This document shows, piece after piece, positions 18,219 through 28,016 of a DNA stretch of 64,000 nt (positions are counted from its first letter, which is position 1; each line of letters starts with the position of its first letter). Both the position numbers and the translations under genes were made by a program. Origin of the DNA: an uncultured Gammaproteobacteria bacterium (lineage in GTDB: Bacteria; Patescibacteriota; Microgenomatia; Levybacterales; GWA1-39-11). The notes beneath the pieces are model-generated. The model was not told the DNA's origin. It ran no database searches and was given only the letters and a program-made list of their open reading frames with translations. The DNA is taken from contig CAZDED010000005.1 in assembly GCA_964504535.1 (NCBI GenBank), positions 9,411 through 73,410 of the forward strand. Reading direction: 5' to 3'.

Positions 18219-18947
18219 ATGTCAGAAAGAAAATTATCTCCTGAAAGAATACATTCCATGTATTCCATTGGACGAAAACGTGCAATGGCTGGTCGTCCGA
18301 TCGTTACAGAAGCTGTAATCGGAATAAGAAATAGAGAACGTGTGAGGGAATATTTATTTGGATATGTAGGCTATGTTGAAGAGTCACTAGCCGAAATTGG
18401 TATAGAGGGTCCAGCAAGTCTAGGAATTCATGAATCATTTCAACACGTGGTCGTGCAGGATCCGACAGTTGAAGGCCTTTCTGGAATTGAAGGACTTAAT
18501 GATGGTATGAGGCTAAAAGAAGAGGACGATAGTTTTGGTTCACTTGGTTATGGTGAGTCAATTCATTATCAAGATGGTTACAAAATCGGGTCTGCCTTTG
18601 CTCGAGCGAATGTGAGAAAAGGTAATTTTGAAGCTATTCCTATGTCACAAAAAATTTCTCAAGAAGGGACACAAATGATAAAGCCCGTAATTAAGGGATG
18701 GCTTGAAGAGAATGGTGCATTAAAGTTCGACCCAAGCATTGTATTAGCATTAAATCCTGTTGTGCGGTTGGCTTTTGCTTACTGCATAAGTAATGGTAAT
18801 GCTGCGTTCGGGGACTATTCGAAAAAACTACAGGAAAGGTTAGAAACAAACACAGAGTATTCGGATGAGGTTAAAAAACTAATTACTGAAGGTATAAAGA
18901 GAAGTCCGCTACTTGCTACGAAAGCAAAATCTTCGATTTTGACGTAA
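18219..18947 (+). CDS. hypothetical protein (242 aa)
   Basis: ORF only. Confidence 0.45.
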   Translation: MSERKLSPERIHSMYSIGRKRAMAGRPIVTEAVIGIRNRERVREYLFGYVGYVEESLAEIGIEGPASLGIHESFQHVVVQDPTVEGLSGIEGLNDGMRLKEEDDSFGSLGYGESIHYQDGYKIGSAFARANVRKGNFEAIPMSQKISQEGTQMIKPVIKGWLEENGALKFDPSIVLALNPVVRLAFAYCISNGNAAFGDYSKKLQERLETNTEYSDEVKKLITEGIKRSPLLATKAKSSILT

Positions 18948-18980
18948 GGGGAAGAGGATTTACGACTGGTATCCTAAGAA

Positions 18981-19532
18981 TTAACCAAAAAGTTTTTTTT
19001 TAAATTCCGCAAATTTTTGAGGGTCATGTCTGATTCTAAAAATGTCATCTGAGATCATTTTTCCCCAAAAATCAGGACCGTCTACTTTTTCCAAAAACTC
19101 ATCAAAGGATACTTCAACAACCTCAATTTTTTCTCCACCATCAAGGGACGCCTCTTGTACCTTTTTTGCGTTTCTGGCAATAAAAAGATAGATGTCCCAT
19201 TCAATTTTTCCGCCCGCATGGTAAGTTTTAAGTAGTTCCCAGTCATCAGATTCAAGTCCAGCCTCCTCAAGAAGTTCACGTTTTGCAACGGACAAAGGTT
19301 CCTCCCCTTGTTCTTGTCTACCTCCTAAAAAGGTATAACAAAGGGATTTTGATGGTTGTTCTTCGTGGGATAAATATAGTTTTTCACCATTTACCGGGAT
19401 GATCTGGATTGTTGCAGAGCGTTTGAGAGCCTCAAAGGTTTTAGTTGTACCATCATACATTGTCTGTTCCCATTGATAGACATCAAATATAGTACCTGTA
19501 AAGACTTTTTTTGCCTGTGGTGGGATTCTCAC
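18981..19532 (-). CDS. Nudix hydrolase
   Basis: Nudix box GGRQEQGEEPLSVAKRELLEEAGL. Confidence 0.7.
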   Translation of the reverse strand: MRIPPQAKKVFTGTIFDVYQWEQTMYDGTTKTFEALKRSATIQIIPVNGEKLYLSHEEQPSKSLCYTFLGGRQEQGEEPLSVAKRELLEEAGLESDDWELLKTYHAGGKIEWDIYLFIARNAKKVQEASLDGGEKIEVVEVSFDEFLEKVDGPDFWGKMISDDIFRIRHDPQKFAEFKKKLFG

Positions 19533-19561
19533 ATCGATATTATATCTGATATAATTTTTTT

Positions 19562-19819
19562 ATGAGCAAGAAAAATGCTTTTAACACAGTAACTACATTC
19601 TCTAAAATTACGGCACTCGTACTTTTTGTAATGTTTCCAGTTGTAGCATTTTATTTGGGTGCTATGTACCAAGAACGGTTAGACAAGCCCTTTGTGCAAC
19701 AATATGTTGAGGTTAAAAAGCCAGTTCAAAAGGCATGTACAATGGAAGCAAAGCAGTGTCCTGATGGGAGTTATGTCGGGAGAAGCGGATCAAATTGCGA
19801 ATTTGCCAAGTGTCCTTAA
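19562..19819 (+). CDS. small membrane-anchored Cys-containing protein (85 aa)
   Basis: N-terminal TM helix and a C-terminal CxxxxxC...C pattern. Confidence 0.4.
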   Translation: MSKKNAFNTVTTFSKITALVLFVMFPVVAFYLGAMYQERLDKPFVQQYVEVKKPVQKACTMEAKQCPDGSYVGRSGSNCEFAKCP

Positions 19820-19831
19820 AGCTAAAACTAT

Positions 19832-20473
19832 ATGCTCCCCAATTTCTCTTTCGAAGAGCCACTATGGAATGACAAGTACACCGTTGTTGGCATTGATGAG
19901 GTGGGGCGTGGTGCTTTCGCAGGACCGGTTGGAATTGGGGGAGTAGTATTTCCGCCAAATCTTTCAGACTTGGAAAAACAAAAACTTCTTTCTTTGGGTA
20001 TAAATGACAGTAAAAAATTGAGTCCAGAAAAGAGGGAATACCTCGCAGAAATTATCAAAGAAAAATGTTTCTCCTATAATATTAGTTTTATCAATGTTGA
20101 AACCATCAACAGGATAGGTATTGGTAAAGCAGCATATATGGGTATGCGTGAAGTCGCTAAATCTATAAACTATAAACTCCGGACTACAAACTTGTATTTG
20201 CTCATTGATGCTTTTGAAATACCTGGGTTGAATATACCTCAAAAAGGGATCATCCATGGCGATACTTTGAGTATCTCAATTGCGGCGGCCTCAATTATCG
20301 CTAAAGTCGAACGAGACCTACTGATGGATAAGTTGGGTATTGACTTTCCTGAGTATGGATTTCAGGCAAATAAAGGGTATGGCACTGTAAAGCATAGGCA
20401 AGCAATCTCTCGTTTTGGGGTAAGCACAAACCATAGAACTGATTTTTGTAAAAAAACCGTAAGTAGTTTGTGA
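19832..20473 (+). CDS. rnhB: ribonuclease HII
   Basis: VVGIDEVGRGAFAGPV and the DDSK context. Confidence 0.85.
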   Translation: MLPNFSFEEPLWNDKYTVVGIDEVGRGAFAGPVGIGGVVFPPNLSDLEKQKLLSLGINDSKKLSPEKREYLAEIIKEKCFSYNISFINVETINRIGIGKAAYMGMREVAKSINYKLRTTNLYLLIDAFEIPGLNIPQKGIIHGDTLSISIAAASIIAKVERDLLMDKLGIDFPEYGFQANKGYGTVKHRQAISRFGVSTNHRTDFCKKTVSSL

Positions 20474-20509
20474 TTGACCTGATCATTTAGTACAATGTAA
20501 ACTTAAAAT

Positions 20510-21280
20510 ATGTTCGGTAACAAAACTGACAAAACTGTGTGGGAAAAATTCCCCGAGCTCAAAGGAATACCCGAGAATAAATTTCCTACACATCTACTCC
20601 TCATCCCTGATGGGAATGGCAGGTGGGCAAAGATGGCTCACAAGACAATAACTGATGGCCACAAGGCTGGGGCTGAGGTTATTAAGAATATCTACAATGA
20701 CTTGTGGCAGTTGCCAATAAAATTCATCAGTATTTGGGGATTTTCAGCAGACAATTGGTCAAGAACCCCCGAGGAAGCAGATGGGATAATGCATGTCATT
20801 GACGAGACTTTGAAAGTACTATTGCCACAAGCATTAGAGCGTAATGAAAGAATTATTCATATAGGGCGCAAAGATAGAATTCCTGCATTTTTGAGAGATG
20901 CTTTTGAGCATGCTGAAGAAATTACAAAAGAGAATACGGGAACGGTTCTGTCACTTTTAGTTGATTATGCAGGGCAAGACCAAGAACTTCGTATGATAAA
21001 AAAGATGATGAAAGACAAAATATCAGATATCACCTCAGAAACACTTCTAAAATATAGAGATGGTGGAGGGGTAGTTCCGCCGGCGGATTTGGTAGTTAGA
21101 ACTAGTGGCGAGAAAAGAACATCAGACCTTGGATGGTTAACCATAAATTCAGAGCTTGCTTTTATTTCAAAATTACTTCCAAATACAGGTTCAAAAGACA
21201 TCGTTGAGGCGATAATAGATTACACCAAAAGAGAAAGACGATTTGGCGGAAGACCCACCCCAATAGCTAAAAGCCAGTAG
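20510..21280 (+). CDS. uppS: undecaprenyl diphosphate synthase (cis-prenyltransferase)
   Basis: HLLLIPDGNGRWAK, WGFSADNWSR and a C-terminal RTSGE. Confidence 0.85.
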   Translation: MFGNKTDKTVWEKFPELKGIPENKFPTHLLLIPDGNGRWAKMAHKTITDGHKAGAEVIKNIYNDLWQLPIKFISIWGFSADNWSRTPEEADGIMHVIDETLKVLLPQALERNERIIHIGRKDRIPAFLRDAFEHAEEITKENTGTVLSLLVDYAGQDQELRMIKKMMKDKISDITSETLLKYRDGGGVVPPADLVVRTSGEKRTSDLGWLTINSELAFISKLLPNTGSKDIVEAIIDYTKRERRFGGRPTPIAKSQ

Positions 21281-21358
21281 TCATTAGACATTAGAACTTA
21301 CTAGTATTTACACTAACCCATAGTATCATTCAGCCTTGAATTTTAGTATAATAGAAGA

Positions 21359-22243
21359 GTGAAGAAGGAAATAAAACCTACTTATAAATCTGGGGTTGTT
21401 GCCATTTTGGGCAGGCCAAATGCCGGCAAATCAACACTCCTCAACGCACTTCTGGGTACAAAAGTTAGCATCACTTCACCAAAACCCCAAACAACACAAT
21501 TTTCAGTACAGGCTGTTTATGAGGATCCTGCCTCCAAAGATGGTCCTGGCCGTGGACAAATTATCTTTACAGACACCCCAGGAATTTTTGCAAAGACAGA
21601 CAATCCGAAAGCCCATGATATCAATTTGACTGCAGAGCATTCGTTGAAAGAAGGGGTTGATGTTGTAGTCTATGTTATTGATAAAACAAGGGAGCGTGGT
21701 GTCGAGGAGAATAAAGTGCTTGGCATAATAAGAAAGGTTGATGTACCAAAAATACTTGTCATAAATAAAGTTGACAAAAGAGAACCCGACTTTATAGAAC
21801 AATATAAATTTATGCAGGAAGAGTTTGATGCGACGATAGAGCTTTCAGCACGGACTCACAAAAATCTTAATGTCCTCATAGACACAATTTTTCTTTTCCT
21901 AAAAGAGGGGGAGCCTCTTGTGGAATCACAAGGCATGGCAACACCGGTTCTTAATATGAATTCAAAATTGTACCTAGAAGAGATGATACGGGAGAAAGCA
22001 TTTTTACGATTGAGACGAGAGGTTCCATACAGCATAAGGGTAGTTGTTGATGAGATTATCGAAAAACCACAAAAGAATATGACGGTAATTGAGGCACGGA
22101 TACTATGCCTTCCTCGGTACAAAAAAATGATAATTGGGGCGGGTGGATCCAAAATCAAAGAAATAGGATCTATGGCACGGCGTGAATTAGAACTTTCCAC
22201 CAACCGCAAAATATTTCTTTCACTCCGAGTTGAAGAAGAATAA
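21359..22243 (+). CDS. era: GTPase Era
   Basis: G1 GRPNAGKSTLLNAL, DTPG and NKVD motifs. C-terminal KH domain (GAGGSKIKEIG). Confidence 0.85.
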   Translation: MKKEIKPTYKSGVVAILGRPNAGKSTLLNALLGTKVSITSPKPQTTQFSVQAVYEDPASKDGPGRGQIIFTDTPGIFAKTDNPKAHDINLTAEHSLKEGVDVVVYVIDKTRERGVEENKVLGIIRKVDVPKILVINKVDKREPDFIEQYKFMQEEFDATIELSARTHKNLNVLIDTIFLFLKEGEPLVESQGMATPVLNMNSKLYLEEMIREKAFLRLRREVPYSIRVVVDEIIEKPQKNMTVIEARILCLPRYKKMIIGAGGSKIKEIGSMARRELELSTNRKIFLSLRVEEE

Positions 22244-22300
22244 ATCAATTTTTTCATTTCCAGTATTGACATTCTTTTTCATATAATATAATCTTGTCCC

Positions 22301-23011
22301 ATGGCAACAACAAAAACCGCAAAAAAGAGTACAATTGTTTCTAAAAAAACTCCGGTAAAAGTTTCAAAACAAGCAAAGACAGTAAATTCTTCATTTTCAG
22401 TATCTGATCTTCAAAAAAAAGTTCTTGATCCAAAAAATCGTCGTTCACTGATTCTTGCTATCATCGTCATCGTTCTTATACTAGCTATATATCTTGGCAA
22501 AAGCTTGTTTGTAGCCGCTCTCGTGAACGGACAACCTGTATCAAGACTCGCAATCATTCATGACCTTGAGAAGCAGAGTGGAAAAGCAGCGCTTGATGCA
22601 GTCATAACGCGGATGCTGGTTTTCCAAGAAGCTCAAAAAAAGAACATCACAGCTAGTGAAAAAGACATTGACGCAGAAATTGCAAGAATCAGGGCTCAAT
22701 TTCAAGCACAAGGACAAAATCTGGATCAACTTCTTGCCACACAAGGTCTTACAAAGGATAAATTCCGCGATGAGGTAAAAGTTCAAATTTTAGTTACCAA
22801 AATTCTCGGAAACCAGGTAAAGGTGACTGACAAAGAATTCAATGATTTTCTTTCTAAAAATCAGGATCTTCTAACAAATGAGAAAGATCAAAATGCTGCA
22901 AAAGCTTCGCTTCGTCAACAGATGGAGCAACAAAAATTGGCTCAAAAATATCAAGAATGGATCGCAACTGTAAAGAAAAACGCAAAAGTTAACACCTTCA
23001 TTAACTACTAA
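22301..23011 (+). CDS. membrane-anchored periplasmic protein, SurA N-terminal-domain-like (chaperone-like)
   Basis: A TM helix followed by a helical, Gln/Lys-rich domain. Weak resemblance only. Confidence 0.35.
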   Translation: MATTKTAKKSTIVSKKTPVKVSKQAKTVNSSFSVSDLQKKVLDPKNRRSLILAIIVIVLILAIYLGKSLFVAALVNGQPVSRLAIIHDLEKQSGKAALDAVITRMLVFQEAQKKNITASEKDIDAEIARIRAQFQAQGQNLDQLLATQGLTKDKFRDEVKVQILVTKILGNQVKVTDKEFNDFLSKNQDLLTNEKDQNAAKASLRQQMEQQKLAQKYQEWIATVKKNAKVNTFINY

Positions 23012-23085
23012 TCTCCATTTTTTAAGGGTACGAAATGATTTCTGCCTATTTTAGATATTTTTTTTCCAGCTTGATAGAACTTATG

Positions 23086-23117
23086 AAAAAGACCCCGAGC
23101 ATGCTCGGGGTCTTTGG
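23086..23117. terminator. bidirectional terminator: perfect 22-nt palindrome gaccccgagcatgctcggggtc flanked by AAAAA and TTTGG
   Basis: Sits between the convergent + gene (ends 23011) and the - strand island C operon (ends 23126). Confidence 0.7.
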
Positions 23118-23125
23118 AATTGAGA

Positions 23126-23425
23126 TTACTGGGACGAGTATGTCCCCTTGTCGTCAGCAAGCGTGACGCACGCCGTCTGTTTGATCCACTCACGGTCGTG
23201 ATGGGCGTACTGTTGGCATACCATTGTTGTGAGAATGGAACGATCACCTGGTACCTTGAAGTACATTCGGGCACGTTCTTCAAAGCTAGCAGTGACGCTT
23301 GCGATGATCTGCTCTCTCGTGACACCCCCAGGAAGGGGGTCAACCAGCGTGTAGTTGAGCGTGAGCATTCCAAGGTTCGTTGGCACGAGAACTTGGAGAA
23401 CTTCGCTTGGTGAGGTAGTGCTCAT
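23126..23425 (-). CDS. hypothetical protein (99 aa), second gene of GC-rich island C operon
   Basis: High GC3 on the minus strand. It starts 17 nt after the upstream stop. Confidence 0.5.
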   Translation of the reverse strand: MSTTSPSEVLQVLVPTNLGMLTLNYTLVDPLPGGVTREQIIASVTASFEERARMYFKVPGDRSILTTMVCQQYAHHDREWIKQTACVTLADDKGTYSSQ

Positions 23426-23442
23426 GACGTTACCATGAGAGG

Positions 23443-23796
23443 CTACCCTGCGGTTTCTTGAGGCATCGCCTCATTGGTCATCAGGTGTTCCTGGATGAGC
23501 TTCGCAAGTTCACGAAGGCCTTCTTCGGTCCGGGCAACAACTTCCACGCCAAGCCAGTTCAAGGACTTTGGGGTCCGTGCCAGCTTGGAGCGCGCCGCCA
23601 GGGGGAGGGCTCCTACGAGAGCCCAGGCTTCCTCCGAACGGAGGAGCTTGTGGCCAGTATGGGTCATGAAAGCGAATGCTTTCCAGTCCCGGTCGAAAGA
23701 TGAGGTGACGACGATGTGAGCAAGTCCAACGTCCTTCAGTTCCTTGGCGGCGAATTGCTTCCACCGCGTGTCTTGAAGGTCAATCCTTCTGATCAA
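23443..23796 (-). CDS. hypothetical protein (117 aa), first gene of GC-rich island C operon
   Basis: GC3 is about 70% on the minus strand. The overlapping + strand ORFs lack this bias. Confidence 0.5.
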   Translation of the reverse strand: MIRRIDLQDTRWKQFAAKELKDVGLAHIVVTSSFDRDWKAFAFMTHTGHKLLRSEEAWALVGALPLAARSKLARTPKSLNWLGVEVVARTEEGLRELAKLIQEHLMTNEAMPQETAG

Positions 23797-24118
23797 GCTA
23801 TGTCTCCGGTGTGAAGTGTCTGTTCCATTGCCGTTGGGGTACGAAACAGCTTCTCAAAGACATGTAAATCTTCAAAAAGCTATTTCGTACGGTAAGAAAT
23901 GAAGTAATCTCAATTGTTAATGTACATCATGAAATCCACGTAAGGCGCGCATGTGCCTCAAAGGATTTATGAGGAAAACTATTATACCTGCAATAGCCTT
24001 GATTGTGCAATTGCTAAGCATTGTGCTACTTGACTGTGAGTTTTGAGATACCGTACACTGAAATCAGTTTATAGTTGTAAAACTAGTAGCTGAGGACTAA
24101 TAACTCGTCTCTGCCCAT

Positions 24119-25468
24119 ATGATATTTCAAACTGTAGGTGAACTTGATGAAAATTTGCGAGAGGTATTCTCATTTGATGATGAGGATATAACGGTAAAGG
24201 ATGAAGCAAAGCTACGGGAATTTGGAATAGACCACCTTATATATACTGCTGTTCTTTCTGATGACCCCCAAGCACGACATCTCTGCCGCGTATATATCCG
24301 CAAATTAGCTAAAACCCTCGGTATTTTCCCCGCTTCAATTTTTCCTCTCTATCAAGCTTTTGGTTCAGGTGATGTAAAAGGATTCACCGTTCCAGCAATG
24401 AATATGAGGGCAATAACGTACGATGTTGCCCGGGAAGTATTCAAAAAATCAATCGTTCATGAGGCTAGTGCTTTTATTTTCGAGCTTTCCAGAAGCGAGG
24501 CAATTTACACAAAACAAAATCAGGATGAAGTGGCAATATGTGTTCTTGCAGCTGCGATAAAGGAAGGTTATGTCGGTCCCGTATTTCTGCAAGGAGATCA
24601 TTACCAATTTGACACAAAAAAATTCAAAGAATATCCTCAGGGACAAATTGATGAGATAGAGCTTGCAGTAAAAGATGCATTGACTGCGGGGTTTTACAAT
24701 ATTGACATCGACGCTTCTACGCTTGTTGATCTTTCCTTGCCGGAGAAAGCGGACCAACAGAAAAATAATTTCGAGATGACCGCAACGGTCACAAAATTTA
24801 TAAGAAGTATGCAGCCTATTGGTGTAACAGTTACAATTGGAGGAGAAATTGGGCATATCGGTGATGTGAATTCAGATGTAGAAGATTTTGAAGCATTTAT
24901 GGCAGGTTATCTTAGTGAATTAAATAAAAAAGATTTACAGATTATATCAAAAGTCAGCGTCCAGACAGGAACTTCACATGGAGGAACTCCCAATCCTGAC
25001 GGAACTTTAAAGGATGTAAGTGTGGATTTTGGTGTTCTGGAAAGTATCGGTAAAGTTGCACGTGATAAATATAAAATGGCAGGTCCTGTTCAACACGGAG
25101 CATCAACATTGCCACATGATATGTTTGGGAAATTTCCTGACGTTGGAACTGTTGAAATCCATCTAGCAACAGGATTTTTGACTATTGTATACGAAAATAT
25201 GTATGACTCAACTCGCAATAAATTATATGAGTATGTCAGGTCAAATTTTTCAGAAGAAAAAGAAGAAGGATGGACTGATGAGCAATTTATCTATAAATTA
25301 AGAAAGAAGGCTATCGGCCCTAATAAAAAAGATTTGTGGCTCATGCCGGAGGAAGAAAAAAATAATATCCGGGCAAAACTAGCAGAAGAACTGGAGAATC
25401 TATTTCAAAAACTTAATATTGTAGGTACTTCCCACACGGTAAGAAAATATATAGAAAATAAATCCTAA
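24119..25468 (+). CDS. class II aldolase family protein (fructose-bisphosphate aldolase-like, long form)
   Basis: Metal-ligand motifs LQGDHYQFD, GGEIGHIGD and QTGTSHGG parallel the class II FBA DHG, ELG and HG boxes. It lies next to pgk. Confidence 0.55.
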   Translation: MIFQTVGELDENLREVFSFDDEDITVKDEAKLREFGIDHLIYTAVLSDDPQARHLCRVYIRKLAKTLGIFPASIFPLYQAFGSGDVKGFTVPAMNMRAITYDVAREVFKKSIVHEASAFIFELSRSEAIYTKQNQDEVAICVLAAAIKEGYVGPVFLQGDHYQFDTKKFKEYPQGQIDEIELAVKDALTAGFYNIDIDASTLVDLSLPEKADQQKNNFEMTATVTKFIRSMQPIGVTVTIGGEIGHIGDVNSDVEDFEAFMAGYLSELNKKDLQIISKVSVQTGTSHGGTPNPDGTLKDVSVDFGVLESIGKVARDKYKMAGPVQHGASTLPHDMFGKFPDVGTVEIHLATGFLTIVYENMYDSTRNKLYEYVRSNFSEEKEEGWTDEQFIYKLRKKAIGPNKKDLWLMPEEEKNNIRAKLAEELENLFQKLNIVGTSHTVRKYIENKS

Positions 25469-25558
25469 GCACTAAATTCGAAGCACGAAACAAGTTTGGA
25501 ATTTTTTAGATTAGAGTTTGAAATTTGTTTCGAATTTCGATATTAGAATTTCGAATTT
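25469..25558 (+). repeat. MITE-like intergenic repeat, copy 1 (gcactaaa...ttcgaagcacgaaacaa | core | ttgtttcgaatttcgatatt...atttcgaattt)
   Basis: Fills the whole fba-pgk spacer. An imperfect inverted repeat of about 15 bp flanks the core. Confidence 0.6.
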
Positions 25559-25561
25559 TAC

Positions 25562-26740
25562 ATGATTGTATATATTGATAAAGCTCACATTAAAAACAAA
25601 AAAGTACTTCTTCGGGTAGATTTTAATGTCTCAATGAAGGGAACTCACATAACCGACGATGCGAGAATTCGTGCTGTACTTCCAACTATCAAAAAACTTC
25701 TGAAAGACAGTAACAAGTTGATTATTATATCGCATCTAGGGCGTCCCGATGGATGGGATGAACGTTTTAGATTAAAGCCGATAGCACAACGGCTTCATAA
25801 ATATCTTCCCCATGTGAAGCTTATGGTTATAGATGATTTTACATCTGAAGGTGCGAGAGAACATTTTGAAAACCAAAAGGAAGGAGAAATATTATTTCTA
25901 GAAAACATACGGTTTTTTAAAGAAGAGGAAGAGGCAGACCACGAATTTGCAAAAAAATTAGCTTCTCTTGCTGATGTATACGTGAATGATGCCTTTGGAG
26001 TAAGTCATAGGGATTGTGCATCAATTACTGAAGTACCAAAATATTTGCCCCATTTCGGGGGGTTACTTATGGAGCGTGAAGTAGAGACTATTGGGCATGC
26101 GCTCAAGCATCCCGCACATCCATTTGCAGCAATTATTGGGGGCGCAAAAGTCAGTACAAAGCTCAAGCTTCTGTATAAAATTACTGAAATTGCCGACTTT
26201 TTGATATTAGGTGGTGGGCTTGCCAATACGTTGCTTTACGCCTTAGGCTATCCGATCGGGAAAAGTTTGTGTGAAAAAGACATGATAGATGATGTTAAAA
26301 GAATTGTGAGACACGCCAAGGAAAAAAATACAAAGATACTATTGCCAAAGGAAGTAATTGTTGGTGATAGAAATGATGAAAAAGAGGCCGGTGTTGTCAA
26401 GAAAATTACAGAAATTGGAGCAAATGACACGATACTTGATATAGGACCTGAGGCACAAGCTGATTATGCAAAATCAATTCTGAGCTCTAAAACTCTTATT
26501 TGGAATGGGCCTGTTGGTGTTATCGAAAATCCTCAGTATGCTCGTGGAACTGATTTTTTGTACTACACAATTTCTCAGAATCCAAAAATGTTATCGATAG
26601 TTGGGGGGGGAGATACTTTGGCGGCAATCGAAAAAATGGAATATCTTGACTCAATATCGCATATATCGACAGGGGGTGGTGCGATGCTAGAATACATAGA
26701 AAATGGGACATTACCTGGCATAGAAGCTCTCAAAAAATAA
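25562..26740 (+). CDS. pgk: phosphoglycerate kinase
   Basis: VLLRVDFNVS, and the ISHLGRP, GGGA, GGGD boxes. Confidence 0.9.
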   Translation: MIVYIDKAHIKNKKVLLRVDFNVSMKGTHITDDARIRAVLPTIKKLLKDSNKLIIISHLGRPDGWDERFRLKPIAQRLHKYLPHVKLMVIDDFTSEGAREHFENQKEGEILFLENIRFFKEEEEADHEFAKKLASLADVYVNDAFGVSHRDCASITEVPKYLPHFGGLLMEREVETIGHALKHPAHPFAAIIGGAKVSTKLKLLYKITEIADFLILGGGLANTLLYALGYPIGKSLCEKDMIDDVKRIVRHAKEKNTKILLPKEVIVGDRNDEKEAGVVKKITEIGANDTILDIGPEAQADYAKSILSSKTLIWNGPVGVIENPQYARGTDFLYYTISQNPKMLSIVGGGDTLAAIEKMEYLDSISHISTGGGAMLEYIENGTLPGIEALKK

Positions 26741-26760
26741 TTGGATACAACCTATAATAA

Positions 26761-27825
26761 TTGACAATAACCAATTTTGAGGTTACAATATGTGATCATA
26801 TTATGTCAATTCCAATCGAAAGAGAATTTGAAACGATACGTCCCGATATTGAGAAAATAAGGTTTAAAGATTATATAAGGCACTTGCCCGAACCAGAAAA
26901 TCCAAGAACAGAAGCAATGGGTATAAGTATAATTCCGGACAATGGAATTGCTATGGATAGTGCAATTTGGATGCAGAGAGTGCAAGATGGTTATGAGTTA
27001 TCCTTGAGTGTGGTTGATATAGCATCCGGTGAGATGGGTCGCTTTTCGGGTCCTGACGCTGGCTTTGTTAAGGCGATCACTATCAAATCTGTTCTTGATT
27101 TAGAACTTGAGAGCCAAAAGTTTGAAATTAGTTTTACAAACCTTCAGTCACTTGCTGTCATTAGAGATTCTGACGTTATGCAATATATTAAAGATGATCA
27201 ATCGGAGCTTCATATATTGCTCAAACCTTATTTTCAAATTGCGCATTCATTAAAGGAAAAAAGAAAATATGAAGGTGCGCTCGATGATGCCTACAGTAAA
27301 GCATCTTCTTTTATTAGAGGCGATTATGCTGTACAAGACATACAGGTTGTGAGGAGAGAATTCTTACATTTGGCAAAAAAAGCAGTTGCAGAGAAATTCG
27401 CACAGGATAATACACTAGCGCTTTATGAAAATTGGTTTGAAAGTCAGAGTGGTATGCCTGTTGTGGAAATCAGTGCAGCCGAGGAGCAATTTGATAAGAA
27501 CCCCACGGAAACGAATGCTGCTGCAATTATTTCTTTAATAAAAAGTGGCATGGGAAAGAGGGTACACAATATAAATCCTGCCGGTCATGTGCTCTACAAC
27601 GATGAAGCACACTTGAAATTTACTATTCCAGCCAAAGAATTCTCAAGTTACATTAATCTTATTATATTGCATGGAGTGTTGACGGGAGATAATCCTTATA
27701 CCCCTCAGCAAATAGACATAGCAATAAATACTATCAATGGAAAAAAAGGCCTTAGTTCACCCTACTATTGGTTATCGCCACGAAGGAGAGTTATTAGTAA
27801 GAATCAAGGAGACTCTATTTCATAA
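26761..27825 (+). CDS. hypothetical protein with degenerate RNB-like (RNase II/R catalytic domain) similarity
   Basis: ISIIPDNGIAMDSAIWMQ...YELSLSVVDIASGE parallels the RNB IDxxxAxDxDDAxS...VHIADVS motifs, but the acidic residues are mostly replaced. Confidence 0.3.
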   Translation: MTITNFEVTICDHIMSIPIEREFETIRPDIEKIRFKDYIRHLPEPENPRTEAMGISIIPDNGIAMDSAIWMQRVQDGYELSLSVVDIASGEMGRFSGPDAGFVKAITIKSVLDLELESQKFEISFTNLQSLAVIRDSDVMQYIKDDQSELHILLKPYFQIAHSLKEKRKYEGALDDAYSKASSFIRGDYAVQDIQVVRREFLHLAKKAVAEKFAQDNTLALYENWFESQSGMPVVEISAAEEQFDKNPTETNAAAIISLIKSGMGKRVHNINPAGHVLYNDEAHLKFTIPAKEFSSYINLIILHGVLTGDNPYTPQQIDIAINTINGKKGLSSPYYWLSPRRRVISKNQGDSIS

Positions 27826-28016
27826 TTGTAAAATTGTTAAGTTTTTTCGAGAGTACCGATGTTACTCAACCAAACCCTCGTAATGCAGCAAAGATGAAGC
27901 CAAATTTCAGTTAGAAGTTCATGTTGGAGAAAATGGTATAAGCATTAAAACACACCTAGATATTATCTGTATGAAGTTCTCTTTCCGTTAAGTCTATAAT
28001 ATGAGTATAATTATAT

